The translations under genes were made by a program, and so were the position numbers. A model generated the notes under the pieces. That model was not told the DNA's origin. It ran no database searches and was given only the letters and a program-made list of their open reading frames with translations. Below are positions 25,771 through 38,994 of a DNA stretch of 64,000 bases, piece after piece (position 1 is the first letter of the stretch; the number at the start of each line of letters is the position of its first letter). The DNA lies in contig CM075990.1 in NCBI GenBank assembly GCA_038087875.1, positions 7,690,001 through 7,754,000 on the forward strand, written 5' to 3'. The DNA is from Malacoraja senta (Eukaryota).

Positions 25771-26748
25771 GTGGTGTTAGGTAAATTGAATGGATTAAAG
25801 GCCGATAAATCCCCAGGGCCAGATAGGCTGCATCCCAGAGTACTTAAGGAAGTAGCCCCAGAAATAGTGGATGCATTAGTGGTAATTTTTCAAAACTCTT
25901 TAGATTCTGGAGTAGTTCCTGATGATTGGAGGGTAGCTAATGTAACCCCACTTTATAAAAAGGGAGGGAGAGAGAAAACGGGGAATTACAGATCAGTTAG
26001 TCTAACATCGGTAGTGGGGAAACTGCTAGAGTCAGTTATTAAAGATGGGATAGCAACACATTTGGAAAATGGTGAAATCATTGGACAAAGTCAGCATGGA
26101 TTTATGAAAGGTAAATCATGTCTGACGAATCTTATAGAATTTTTCGAGGATGTAACTAGAGTGGATAGGGGAGAACCAGTGGATGTGTTATATCTGGACT
26201 TTCAGAAGGCTTTCGACAAGGTCCCACATAAGAGATTAATATACAAACTTAAAGCACATGGTATTGGGGGTTCAGTATTGATGTGGATAGAGAACTGGCT
26301 GGCAGACAGGAAGCAAAGAGTAGGAGTAAACGGGTCCTTTTCACAATGGCAGGCAGTGACTAGTGGGGCACCGCAAGGCTCAGTGCTGGGACCTCAGCTA
26401 TTTACAATATATATTAATGATCTGGACGAGGGAATTGAATGCAACATCTCCAAGTTTGCGGTGGACACTAAGCTGGGGGGCAGTGTTAGCTGTGAGGAGG
26501 ATGCTAGGAGGCTGCAAGATGACTTGGATAGGCTGGGTGAGTGGGAAAATGCATGGCAGATGCAGTATAATGTGGATAAATGTGAGGTTATCCACTTTGG
26601 TGGCAAAAACAGGAAAGTAGACTATTACCTGAATGGTGGCCGATTAGGAAAAGGGGAGATGCAACGAGACCTGGGTGTCATGGTACACCAGTCATTGAAC
26701 GTGGGCTTGCAGGTGCAGCAGGCAGTGAAGAAAGCGAATGTATGTTAG
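25771..26748 (+). pseudogene. CR1 ORF2 reverse transcriptase fragment with catalytic motif mutated (FAVD)
   Basis: RT motifs are present, but FADD reads FAVD. Confidence 0.85.
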
Positions 26749-27591
26749 CATTTATAGCAAAAGGATTTGAGTATAGGAGCAGGGAGGTTCTACTGCAGTT
26801 GTACAGGGTCTTGCTGAGACCACACCTGGAGTATTGCGTACAGTTTTGGTCTCCTAATCTGAGGAAGGACATTCTTGCCATAGAGGGTACAGAGAAGGTT
26901 CACCAGACTGATTCCTGGGATGTCAGGACTTTCATATGAGGAAAGACTGGATAGACTCGGCTTGTACTCGCTAGAATTTAGAAGATTGAGGGGGGATCTT
27001 ATAGAAACATACAAAATTCTTAAGGGGTTGGACAGGCTAGATGCAGGAAGATTGTTCCCGATGTTGGGGAAGTCCAGAACAAGGGGTCACAGTTTAAGGA
27101 TAAAGGGGAGATATTTTAGGACTGAGATGAGAAAAAAAAAAATTCACAGAGAGTGGTGAATCTGTGGAATTCTCTGCCGCAGAAGGTAGAAGGTGGCTAT
27201 ATTTAAGAGGGAGTTAGATGTGGCCCTTGTGGCTAAAGGGATCAGGGGGTATGGAGAGAAAGCAGGTACAGGATACTGAGTTGGATGATCAGCCATGATC
27301 ATATTGAATGGCGGTGCGGGCTCGAAGGGCCGAATGGCCTACTCCTGCACCTATTTTTTATGTTTCTATGTCTTCACTCTCCACTATTCAGTGTCCAATT
27401 TTCCCGAAGTTAGTCGTAGCTAGCCGTAGCTAGTCGTAGCTGGTCGAAGCTGGTCTTCAACATGTAATTTTTTCAAACTCTTCTAAACTCGCCAATTAGG
27501 TCGCCCAAGTGGGACAGCCCCTTTATAACCCAGCGGTATGAATATTGATTTCTCTAACTTCACGTATCCCCTGCATTCCCTCTCTCTCCGT

Positions 27592-27855
27592 GCCGGGCGA
27601 TGCAAGGCCCTGCTCCGGGTCTTGATGTTGGAGCCCCCGGCGGGTGATGGCAAGTCCCGCGGCCATTAAATCCGCGCCAGGCGATGTAAGGCCCTGCTCC
27701 AGGTCTTGATGTTGGAGCCCCCGGCGGGTGATGGCAAGTCCCGCGGCCATTAAATCCGCGCTGGGCGATGTAAGGCCCTGCTCCGGGTCTTGATGTTGGA
27801 GCCCCCTGGCGGATGATGGCGTCCCGCGGCCGTTAAAGCCGCGCCGGGCGATTTA
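27592..27855. repeat. GC-rich 84-bp tandem repeat, 3 copies plus a partial
   Basis: GGCGATG(C/T)AAGGCCCTGCTCC recurs at 27596, 27680 and 27764. Confidence 0.92.
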
Positions 27856-28264
27856 AGGTTGTTTTCAACCCCGCAATTCGGGCGGGAGAAGTTGCCGTTG
27901 CGGGACCTCCGAAAAGCGGTCTCCCACCAGGGACCCGCGAGCTCCCGATGTCACCGTCCACCAGGCCTGCGGCTGGAGCCTCCGAAGCTCCGAAGTCGGG
28001 TCGCAGCCGCGCTCCACCACAGCTCTCCATGCTCCGAAGCCGGCCAGCTCCGAGATGGTGAGTCCGCACCTAACCCTTTTCTCCAGGGATGCTGCCTGAC
28101 CCGCTGAGTTGTTCCAGCATTTTGTGTCCATCTTTGCATCTTGCATCTGCAGGTTCCTTCCAGTGTAAGAGCAGGACTGTGCTGTAGTTTGGAGGAATGG
28201 ACATTTGACGGTGTTGAAGGCAACAGATAGAATGAAGTGGCACAATCATACAACACACCTTGGA

Positions 28265-28682
28265 TTTTGATAGAGATAACCTCCGCTCAGAACGCAATAA
28301 CCAACCTGATCTCCTGGTGGCTCAGCACTTCAACTCCCCCTCTCATTCCGAATCCGACCTTTCTGTCCTGGCCCTCCTCCATGGCCAGAGTGAGTCCCAC
28401 CGCAATTTGGAGGAGCAGCACCTCATATTTCGCTTGGGCAGTTCACACCCCAGCGGTATGAACATTGACTTCTCCAATTTCAGGTAGTCCTTGCTTTCTC
28501 CCTCTTTCCCCTCCCCTTCCCAGCTCTCCCACAGCCCACTGTCTTTGCCTCTTCCTTTCTTCTCCCCGCCCCCACTCCCACATCAGTCTGAGGACGGGTC
28601 TCGAGCCAAAACATCACATATTCCTTCGCTCCATAGATGATGCCTCACCCGCTGAGTTTCTCCAGCATTTTTGTCCACCTTG
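28265..28682 (+). mobile_element. Penelope-like element 3' remnant (GIY-YIG C-terminus and pLTR)
   Basis: ORF ...VAQHFNSPSHS...EEQHLIFRLGSSHPSGMNIDFSNFR*, then a pyrimidine tract and a decayed CTGAGGA...AAAAC hammerhead-like core. Confidence 0.75.
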
Positions 28683-29204
28683 GATCTTGAGAAAGCTATT
28701 TCATTGTTGGAATGGTGAAAGCCAAAATGCGTGTTTCAACTTGCTCTGCCATGGGCATCTAGCCTAGTCTGCCGTAGTTTCTCTGTTCAGCTGACACAGT
28801 ATGAGGAGATAAACCTCTGTAAACAGATCATATTTCTACACACACAGATAAAGCCCAACATGTCCCCAAAGACTCCACTGAGGGACCTGAAGATAGTCTT
28901 CATCTGCTGGGAAGTTAATCACGGATCATTGTTTGCACACAGCGGTATATCAACCTTTCACATCTTAATCCTCGATGAATGATTCCACTTCGAACAGAAT
29001 AGATAATAACTGGCTTGAGAGCTAAATAAGCAGGAGCTGCTTGCAAGATGCCCTGGACATTCTCATCTGTACCACACCAGCATAAGTGTTAAAGAAGGAA
29101 CTGCAGATGCTGGAAAATCGAAGGTACACAAAAATACACCAGCATAAGGTATTGTCACACACTGACCTCAATATTAAAGAAGTAAGGGGGAAGGATAGTA
29201 AGGA

Positions 29205-29825
29205 AGGCCAATGCAATGCTAGCATTTATTTCCAGAGAACTAGAATAGGAAAACAGGGATGCAATGCTGAGGCTTTATGAGGGGCTTGTCAGGCTGCATT
29301 TGGAGTATTGTGAGCAGTTTTGGGCCCCATATCTGAGGAAGGATGTGCTGGCATTGGAGAGGGTTATGAGAATGATTCCAGGAATGAGTGGGTTAACCTA
29401 TGATGAGCGTTTGACTGCACTGGGCCTCTACTCGCTGGAGTTTAGAAGGATGAGGGGGGCACCTCATTGAAACTGACCGAATAGTGAAAGGCCTGGATAG
29501 AGTGGATGTGGAGAGGATGTTTTATACCAGTGGGAGAGTCTAGAACCAGAGCCTCAGAATAAAATGACAGACCTTTTGGAAGATGAGGAGGAATTCCTTT
29601 CGTCAGAGATTGGTGAATCTGTGGAATTGATTGCCACAGAAGGCTGTGGAGACCAAGTCAATGGATATTTTCAAGGCAGAGTTTGATAGATTTTTGATTA
29701 GCACTGGTGTCAGGGGTTATGGGGAGCAGGCAGGAGAATGGGGTAGATCAGCCATGATTGAATGGCGGAGTAGACTTGATGGGTCGAATGGCCAAATTCT
29801 GCCCCGAGAACTTATGAATTATGAA
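29205..29825 (+). mobile_element. CR1 3' fragment
   Basis: LVRLHLEYCEQFWAPYLRKD; LGLYSLEFRRMRG; 3' UTR. Confidence 0.85.
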
Positions 29826-30184
29826 TAAGGAAGGAGAAGCTGAAAGTGGGAAAGGCACCAGAGATTTCGTTCTCCAGACTGTTTCATCACGAAAACCCCC
29901 AAGATCACACTAAAATTAGACCACACCATCTCAACCACATGTAGAGACATTGACAGATACCGCACGGAAACAGGCCCTTTGGCCAAATCTAGGTGGCCAT
30001 CTGAGTTTGTGTACGGCCGATACATTCATCTGCATCATTGCAGCTTCAAGGTTTCACATCTGATCCCAGGGAACCCTCTGCAAGAAACGCTGCCAAAGAC
30101 TTTTCAAACTGCAGTGCATTTGTCCCTGAGCAAGTGATGGGAGTCAAATCTCCTAAACAAGTGATAGGAGTCAAATCTCCTTAC

Positions 30185-30603
30185 ACCTCCGATCGGTCTG
30201 CAATAACCAACCTGAACTCCCGGTGGCTCAGCACTTCAACTCCCCCTCCCATTCCGTATCTGACCTCTCTGTCCTGGGTCTCCTCCATGGCCACAGCGAG
30301 CAACACCATAAATTGGAGGAAATGCACCTCATATTCCGCTTGGGCAGTCTACATCCTGGGGGCTTGAACATTGAATTCTCCCAATTCTGCTAGCCCTTGC
30401 TGTCCCCTCCCCTTCATCAGCCATCTGGTTGTCTCCTCCCCTCCCCCAGCCCTCGGGCTCCTCCTCCGCCTTTTTCCTTTTTTCCATTCTTCTCCCCACC
30501 CCCTATCAGTCTGAAGAAGGGTTTCGGCCCGAAACGTTACCTATTTCCTTCGCTCCATAGATGCTGCTGCACCCGCTGAGTTTCTCCAGCATTTTTGTGT
30601 ACC
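30185..30603 (+). mobile_element. Penelope-like element 3' remnant with an intact hammerhead-like core
   Basis: Homologous to 28265-28682; CTCCTAAACAAGTG is repeated on both sides. Confidence 0.75.
30509..30540 (+). ncRNA. Minimal type I hammerhead ribozyme-like motif
   Basis: GT-CTGAAGA-A-GGGT(TTCG)GCCC-GAAAC-GTT-AC: conserved core boxes, stem II capped by UUCG, palindromic ACGT stem III. Stem I is only ~2 bp. Confidence 0.55.
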
Positions 30604-31940
30604 TCCTAAACAAGTGCTGGTGACTGAAGTGGCTACCTCAAATCTTCCCCGACTGTCGGTGTAATGGAGGAAGATTCAAATGGAGTTCAGAGAGAATTAG
30701 TTGCATGGCGCCAGGGAGATGAGGAGAAGGGGATGAAGTCAGATGGATTGTTCTGCTGGGAGCCAACACGATGTCCTCTTTAAATGTTGCGTTAAGTAAT
30801 TGGCGATTGGAACCAAAACGCTTGCAATTCCCGTAATGGAGCTGGCAACTGTCCCCGGCCTCCCGGTGTGCTTTATAGTTGGAGTTTTATGATATTTAGA
30901 TATCTCTTCACCATGGAGGTAGTTCAATAAATCCATTGCGTGCAGGGCCAGCAAAGCCAATTAGACTGTACAAACATTGAAGAACACAGAGTCCAAATCA
31001 GGATGGGTGAGCAAGAATGTGGATTCAATATTAATGCACTTGGAGCAGTGAAGTAGAAGGAAAGAAAGTTAATGACACAAGGAACTGCAGATGCTGGAGC
31101 AGTGTGTAGGAAGGAACTGCAGATGCTGGTTTACACCAAAGATGGACACAAAATGCTGGAGTAACTCAGCGGGACAGGCAGCATCTCTGAATAGAAGGAA
31201 TGGGTGACGTTTTGGGTCGAGACCCTTCTTCTGACTGAGAGTCAGGGGAGAGGGAGACAGAGATAAGGAAGGGTAAGGTGTGAAAACGAGATCAAAGGGG
31301 ATGGAGTTCAAGGAATATGTAGAATAGATCATTGTTAGCTATGGGGGAAGGTGACAACGAAGCACACAGAGATAAAATATAAGCAGGGGACAGTCAGACT
31401 GCCACCTTGCACAGAACACAAATTGCCGGAGCAACTCAGCGGGTCAGGCAGCATCTGTGGGATTGGAAGAGAGATTAACGATACAGGAAGAAATTATAGT
31501 TTCCAATATTCCAACAAAAATTAAACCTGAGAAAAATTCTGTTGCAAAAATTTGCTTCGCAGGTCTGGAAAGGATAGCAGGTAGAACAGAACAACACAGG
31601 AACGAGCCCTTCACCCCACAATGTGTGTGCCGAACAAGCCTCGTTAAACTGATCTCATCTGCCTGTACAGGATCCATATCCCTCTTTGACAATAGACAAT
31701 AGACAATAGGTGCAGGAGTAGGCCATTCGGCCCTTCGAGCCAGCACCGCCATTCAATGTGATCATGGCTGATCATCCCCAATCAGTAACCCATTCCTGCC
31801 TTCTCCCCATATCCCCTGACTCCCCTATTTTTAAGAGCCCTATCTAGCTCTCTCTTGAAAGCATCCCGGCCTCCACCGCCCTCTGATGCAGAGAAGTTGC
31901 CCTGCACTTCTATTTGCCTATCGTTTCCATAAGCAGTACT

Positions 31941-32242
31941 GGGCGGCACGGTGGCGCAGCGGTAGAGTTGCTGCCTCACAGCACATGCAGCGCCAGAGAC
32001 CTGGGTTCGATCCTGACTACGGGTGCTGTCTGTACAGAGTTTGTACACTCTCCCCGTGACCTGCGTGGGTTTTCCCCGAGATCTTCGGATTCCTCCCGCA
32101 CTCGAAAGACGGACAGGTTTGTAGGTTAAATGGCTTGGTATAAGTGTAAATTGTCCCCAGTGTGTGTAGGATAGTGTTAGTGTGCTAGGATCGCTGGTCG
32201 GTGGGCCGAAGGGCCTGTTTCCGCGCTCGATCTCTGAATTAA
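31941..32242 (+). mobile_element. HE1/V-SINE-like SINE
   Basis: Head GGGCGGCACGGTGGCGCAGCGGTAGAG (A box) and GGTTCGATCC (B box). Confidence 0.88.
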
Positions 32243-33039
32243 ACGATCTAAAAAGCCTCTTAAATGAGGTTTTACAATAAAAAGATATCACTATATTAAA
32301 ATATTCTGCCCAGACCCAGATTTTAGGCCCAGCCAAGGTAGATACTTCACCATAGGCAATCCAGGGCTTCAAAACATTGGCATCACCATCTTCTCAAGGA
32401 CATCCATGGATGGTCAGTAAATGCTGGCCTGACTGGAGATCCCCGCATTCCATGAGGATAAAAAATACTCGTTTAGCAGTCAGCTTGTTACGTTCTACAT
32501 TTGCCATGGTTTGAATCAAACAGATATTATCTGTCCAGCCAGCTGTGAAATCACTTTCAGTGATCTGACTCTGCGCAATGTGAATGTGAGCGACAATTAT
32601 CGCTGGGCTTCTCAAACCATGCCACTGAGAACCATCAGGACACATTGTGCGAGCTACTCCATCCAATTCAATTGTTGCTGATTTGTATCTTAATTCTATT
32701 TCCCCGCAAGCAGACATCCCCCATACCTTCCCTGAAGCCCCTTCACCTGTCTTAGTGACCCAGTGCCTCCATAAGATCACCCCTGATCCTCCTGCGTTCC
32801 AAGGCGTAAAGTACCTTGACCATGCTCTCCCTACAGCTCAGACCCTCAGGTCCTGGCAACATCCTCGTACATCTTGCCTGCACTACAAAAAAAGGCCCTT
32901 CAGCCCCCCATGTCCATGCTGAACATTAAGTACCTGTCTATAGAAGTCCAAGGTAATATAGTCCAGGTAACGCTGTACAGGTGGAAAGGGGGTAGAGAAG
33001 CATAGACCAAAAGAGCAGGGAGTTAATTAGGCCACAGAA

Positions 33040-33890
33040 AGAGTTCTGATCGCAGTGTTGGTCACCACACTATATGAAGGATGTACTGTAAGTGCCCTTG
33101 AGGAAATGCACAGTGGATTCACTGGGATGTTCTTTCCCCCCCCATCTAAGACTAGAGGGTAGAGGTTCTGCGTAAGGGCCATGAGGTTTAGAGGGGATCT
33201 GAGGAAGAACTTACTTCACCTAGAGGGTTCTTTAATTCAGGAAAGCACTACCTGAGGATGTGGTGGAGGCAGGTACTCCCTCGACATTTAACTTGTATCG
33301 GGATGAGTCTTTAGATCGCTGTCATGGGAGGATACAGATCCAGTGTTGGCAAATGGGATTGGAATGCAGACAAGATTGATGAGGATGTCGCCAGGACTTG
33401 AGGGCCGGAGCTATCAGGAGAGGATGGTCAGGCTCGGACTTTATTCCTTGGAACGCAGGAAGATGAGGGGTGATCTTATAGAGGTGTCAGATCATGACGG
33501 GAATAGACAGGGTAAATGCACAGAATAAGGGAAATCAAGGGGACATAGGTATAAGGTGAGAGGGTGAAAGATTTAACAGGTTCCTGAGGGGAAACTTTTC
33601 CACACAGAGGGTGGTGGGTATATAGAACAAACTGTCAGAGGATGTGGTTGAGGTAGGTACTTTAATACCATTTTGGAAGGCATTCGGACTGGTACATGGA
33701 TTGGAAAGATGTTGTGGAATATGGGCCAAATGTGGGCAGGTAGAACTGGTATAGATGGGGCATGGGGCATCTTGGTTGGCATAAGCAGATTGGGCTTAAG
33801 GTCCCGTTTCTGTGTTGTATGACTCTGACTGACTCGTATAGATAGACACAGCATGGACACGGTGGGCTGAAGGGCTTATTTGTGTGCTGT
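33040..33890 (+). mobile_element. Old and younger CR1 3' fragments
   Basis: RLGLYSLERRKMRGDLIEV; TTTTCCACACAGAGGGTGGTG; 3' UTR. Confidence 0.7.
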
Positions 33891-35760
33891 GCCACATTAC
33901 CCTTTCATTAACAGCATATTAACCCACTAGCGTTTAGACCCGTTTCCTCATTCTCCATCCCAACCAATTGCAAGCCATCCACAAAGGCTATCTCCAATTC
34001 CATGCTCTCTCGTGGTGCTTGCTAAACTGTCGTGTGAAACACTACAATGCCCATCCCATCCTCAATATAGGTGTCTCCCTGGTGCAGCAACTGTCTGTCC
34101 ACAATGATGGTGTCTACCTCACAAAACTCAATGACCCATATCTCTCGTTTCCCTTTCCCCGGGCTTTATACCTCAATTTCCTTTCCCCTGACTCCAGTCT
34201 GAAGACGGTTCCCGACCCAAAATGTCACACATTCCTTCCCTCCAGAGATGCTGCCTGACCCACTGTGAGTTACTCCAGCATTTTTATGTCTAACTTGAAT
34301 TACCTTGGTCAGGCTCGGCAGAAGTGCCTCCTGACTTTCCAATCAGTCGCTCTCCGATCAGGCGCTCAGTCACTATGTCCCCACTGACAGATGTCTGGAA
34401 CCCTATTACAACAGATATTATCCCATGACACAGTGGCTCTGAGCTGCCATCTCGCCACATCAGCAAACTTCCAAATTTACTGCCGGCGAAAGATCGTGTC
34501 TCTGCAATTTCCTCGCCAGTGTCTTTTAATATCCTGGAGTGGAAACCAGCACATCCCTGAGATTTATCCACCCAAGATCCCTTTATCTTTATCACCATCA
34601 TCATGTCATGTCCAATAAGTTCCTCCCCTTGATTTCTGTTCAATTCCCCCTCTGTTGCTCAATATTAGTCATCCTCCCCTCCTCTGAAAACAGATATATT
34701 GGACATTTATTAATTCTGCCCAGATCGTGCTTTTACAAATATCTATCATTAATGATCCACCCCTATGTTCTCTCTCATATCTATGAGGCATGAAATTGGT
34801 TCCAAATTTATTTTTCATATCTCAGTCTCTCAACAGATATTGTCTGACACATTGAGTTTCTAGCATTTCCTGTTCTTAACTCAATTAATACTTTCTTTGT
34901 GTTCATCCACTTTCCCCTTCTTCCCCTCAGTTATCAGGCTTCTGAACGGTCCTTCCATAAGTCAGCGTACTGTCCGATTCATCTCGACCCCATTGCGGAC
35001 GTTGAATTTTGTCTATGGAACTGATCGCTGAGATCTATACTCTGCAATCTTCGCCTTTGCTCCACCTATTATACTTGTACTTGAGGATAGACATAAAATG
35101 CTGGAGTAACTCAGCAGGATAGGCAGTATCTCTGGATAGAAGGAATGGGTGACGTTTCTGGTCTGAAGAAGGGCCTTGAGCTGAAACATCACCCATTCCT
35201 TCTATCCAGAGATGCTGCCTGTCCCGCTGAGATACTCCAGCCTTGTAATCCTATCTTCAGTGTAAACAAGCGCCTGCAGTTCCTTCCTACAAATACTTAT
35301 ACTTGTGTTTGGCTCGGTTGTATTTTCTTTAATACAATCTAATTTGATTAAATATGTAAAACCAAGCTTTTCACGTGACAATAATAAACCTAAATCTACC
35401 TCAATTGCTCTCGGTATTTTGAGAGGGAGACACAGTGGCTCAGCTGATTGAACTGCCCGCGAACACCACCAGCAACCCGGGTTCATTCCAGGTCTCGGCT
35501 GCTGACTGTGTGGAGTTTGCACGCTCTCCCCTGTGATAGCGGATGCTCCAGTTTCTCTCAAAGACGTGCAGGCTGGTAGGTTGACTGGTTCTGGTTTATG
35601 AGTGAGTGCGAGAATTATGGAGGTACGGATGGGGCAAATACAATGTGATGAGTGTAGGATTAGTGTGGATATGTTGATATGGGCTCGGTGGGCTGAAAGG
35701 CCTCTTCCTATGCCGCACAACTCCATGAGCCGCTATTTCTCCCAGTTCACTGGATGTCAG

Positions 35761-36069
35761 GGCGGCACGGTGGCGCAGCGGTGGAGTTGCTGCCTCGCAG
35801 CGCCGGTGACCCGGGTTCAATCCTGACCACGGGCGCTGTCTGTATCGAGTTTGTACCTTCTCCCCGTGACCTGCGTGAGTTTTCCCCGGGTGCTCCGGTT
35901 TTCGCCCACACTCCAAAGACGTACAGGTTAGTAGGTTAATTGCCTTGGTAACATTGTAAATTGTTGTGAGTATAGGATAGTGCTAATGTGTGGGGATCAT
36001 GGCCGGTACGGACTCGGAGGGACTAAGGGAATTGCTTCTGCTCTGTATCTCTAAACTAAACTAAACTAA
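35761..36069 (+). mobile_element. HE1/V-SINE-like SINE
   Basis: Complete head to (TAAAC)n tail. Confidence 0.88.
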
Positions 36070-38682
36070 GCATTTATGCAAGCTATTGCATTCACGTTTA
36101 TACTGTGTCTTCGCCTCCAAATTAATCCTGATGGAGCCTTTGATATCTCAGAGTTTGCACTGGTATTGTGCTGCACTAAAAACCCCTTTCAAAACTTCCC
36201 ATTATATCTCTGTGAACCATGAACAGCTCAAAGCAATTTACTGCATTCACTTTGTTTTTAATTCCTTCCAAATATCTTTGCTCAAATTCAAAACCATGGT
36301 GACTGTGTGATCTTTTAGTTGCTCAAGTTAGTGTCAAATGTAATCATGTTAAGGTCACTGCGAGCTCACCGATTCCTCATTGTCAGATTATTAATTAATC
36401 TCTGCTCATTAGTCATCAGTGAATCGAGATTGTCTGTTCCCTTGTCAGTTCTTCAATGTGCCGAAATCCTCCAGACTAACTTTGCCACTTGAACCGTTTG
36501 CTATCTCCCAGTTTCTATTGAAATTGAAGACTCCTGTTATTTCAGCTGCAAAGTTCTCTCATCCTGAGCATCGACACAACCAGCCTCCACGGTACCTGAT
36601 GCCTGGCCGACTCAGCCCAAACCTTTAGGCTTTCTCACGCTGCCGCTCCTCGTTTAGTTCAGAGATACAGCATGGAAACAGGCCCTTCAGCCCACCGAGC
36701 CCATTCCGACCGTCGATCACCCATTCACACTAGTTCTGCGTCATTCCCACTTGCACGTCCACTCCCTACGCACGACAGTGGCCACTTAACCGACAAATTA
36801 AAGTTCCTCTCCCCTACAATCAGTCTGAAGAAGTGCCGTGCAAATAAGCGCATTCCCGCCTCTATTGTCTCTCACAAGTGCCCTTAACAGTCTATGAAGT
36901 CATTAATAGTCTGTAGAAATGTCCCGACCCAAAACGTCACCCATCCTTTTCCTCCAGAGATGCTGCTGCCTGACCTGCTGCGTTACTCCAGTGCTTTGTG
37001 TCTCTCTTTGCCATCGACACTCCCCTGATTCCCCGCACGACTATACGAGGGACAACGTACAGTAAAAAACATTAACCGAACAAGCAACACATTGTAAGGG
37101 TGTGGGAGGAAACCTGAACGCCTAGCCCGAGTAACCCACACAGCCACAGAAAGAACGTGCAAACTCCACACAAACAGCGCAGGAAAGAGACAGCTGCACT
37201 ACCCGCATCACCTATGTGCCACCCCAGTCATGGAACCCGTACAACAACTTTGTATTAACAGCATCGGCAGTTCCTTATCGTGCAGTCATACAGAGACGGG
37301 CCCTTCGGCCCAACTCATCCCTGCTGACTGAGATGCCCCATCTGAGAAGGCAGGAGATTGGGTGAGAGGGCAAGACAGATCTGGCATAATTGAATGGCGG
37401 AGTAGACCCGATGGGCCGAATGGCCTAGTTCTGCTCCAATAACTTATGAACTTGTCTATTCTGGAGACACAAAGAACTGCAGATGCTGGGACTTTGAACA
37501 AAACACAAAAGTGCTGGAGGAACACCGTGGGTCAGGCAGCATCTGTGCAGGCAATGTATAAGTGATGTTTCAGGTTGGGACTCTTCTTCAGACCTGTCTA
37601 TTCTGTCCCTGTCTGGGGACCTTGGGCCGATTGCGTCTGTCTCACAGTCTGTGCATCACATCAGTTGGAGAGTTGGTCTGAAGAAGTGTCGTGACCCGAA
37701 ACGTCTCCCATTCCTTCTCTCCAGAGATGCTACCTGTCCCGATGAGTTACTCCAGCTTTTTGTGTCTAACATAAGTTGGAGAGGGTACACAAAAATGCTG
37801 GAGAAACTCAGCGGGTGCAGCAGCATCTATGGAGCGAAGGAAATAGGTAACGTTTCGGGCCGAAACCCTTCTTAAGTTGGAGAGGACTGGGATGTGCCCA
37901 AAACTCCTTCCCCCTCTGCAGTCAGAACCTGTATCTCTGGACTGTGAGGGGAGTGCTGGAATATACTACTTGGATATAACTCCCCTCCTCGAAGTATTAA
38001 AAAGTATCTTGGAGAATCACACACCTCAATGGCTCGGAGCAACGAGATTTGTGATCAAGACAAAGCAATTTACTACTTGTGAGCCACTTCCCACTGCCTC
38101 CCACTGTGCACAGTCCCATGAAGGTGCCACATTGATAATCTATTTATTTTATGTTGGCTCTGGCAGGTATTTAACCATCTGCACAGTTCACCAAAATGCC
38201 CAGAAGGTTCGTTTCTGTCCTGTTTGGTTAAGTGAATTTATTCTGGTGGGTCTGCTTAATTATTTAAAGTTAATAGTTTATTTGTGAGCTTGCCTTGGGG
38301 TGGTGAGGAGGGAAATACTTTAAAGTTAATCAGACTTCTAATCAAATATAACCAACAGTTTGTTCATGTAGGAATAGATGATACATTAAAGTTTGCTTCA
38401 CTCCCGTTTGTTCCTCTTTCGATTTGAAGTTAATGAGAAGCTGATGCCTTGAACTGTGAGTCGCCAGAATGATTTTCCTTTCAACCCTGATTTGCTTTAG
38501 TTGTGACTGGTGCTAAATATCCCGGTTTGTTGCAAATGCATTAATCATACATTTGAACGTCTGTGCGCTCCACATGAAGTTGTGCAGGCAACAAGATGGT
38601 ACAGGATAGGGAAAACCCTCCCGGTGTTCCCACAGACCTGACCTTCCGAACAGCCTTCTTCCAGCCAACCATACAGCCCGGA

Positions 38683-38994
38683 TTTAGTTTAATTTAGTTT
38701 AGTTTAGAGATACAGTGCGGAAACAGGCCCTTTAGCCCACCGAGCGATCCCCGCACATTAAAACACTATCCTAAACACACTTGGGTCAATTAAAAAAATA
38801 TATTTATACCAAGCCAATTAACCGACAAATGTACATCTTTGGAGTGTGGGAGGAAACCGAAGATCTCGCAGAAAACCCACGAAGGTCAGGGGGAGTGCGT
38901 ACAAACCTGTACAGACAGCACCCATAGTCAGGATCGAACTTGGGTCTCTGGTGCTGGAAGGCAGCAACTCTACCGCTGTGCCACCGTGCCGCCC
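38683..38994 (-). mobile_element. HE1/V-SINE-like SINE
   Basis: Complete tail-to-head reverse complement. Confidence 0.85.

Larger units (their letters stand above)
24007..27370 (+). mobile_element. Long 5'-truncated CR1 LINE (ORF1 end, ORF2 APE and RT, 3' UTR), disrupted
   Basis: ORF1 tail with SGNH-esterase-like DGLHL; APE motifs ITETW, VVYRPP, DFN, SDH; RT motifs YLDFQKAFDKV, PQGSVLGP; several frameshifts; (TTTCTATG) tail. Confidence 0.95.
23661..27522. mobile_element. PIF/Harbinger-like MITE split by a CR1 LINE, itself inserted in a Penelope remnant
   Basis: TIRs AGGGCCTGTCCCACTTGGGCGACCTAAT / ATTAGGTCGCCCAAGTGGGACAGCCCCT; TTA TSD (23658-23660, 27523-27525); reverse orientation relative to the 546-1231 copy. 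The flanks rejoin to the EQHLIFRLGNL.PSGMNIDFSNF motif. Confidence 0.85.

Noticed and set aside
31941..32020. tRNA-like sequence with A and B boxes
   Set aside because: It is the head of a multi-copy SINE continuing into the central domain and LINE-like tail, not a tRNA gene.
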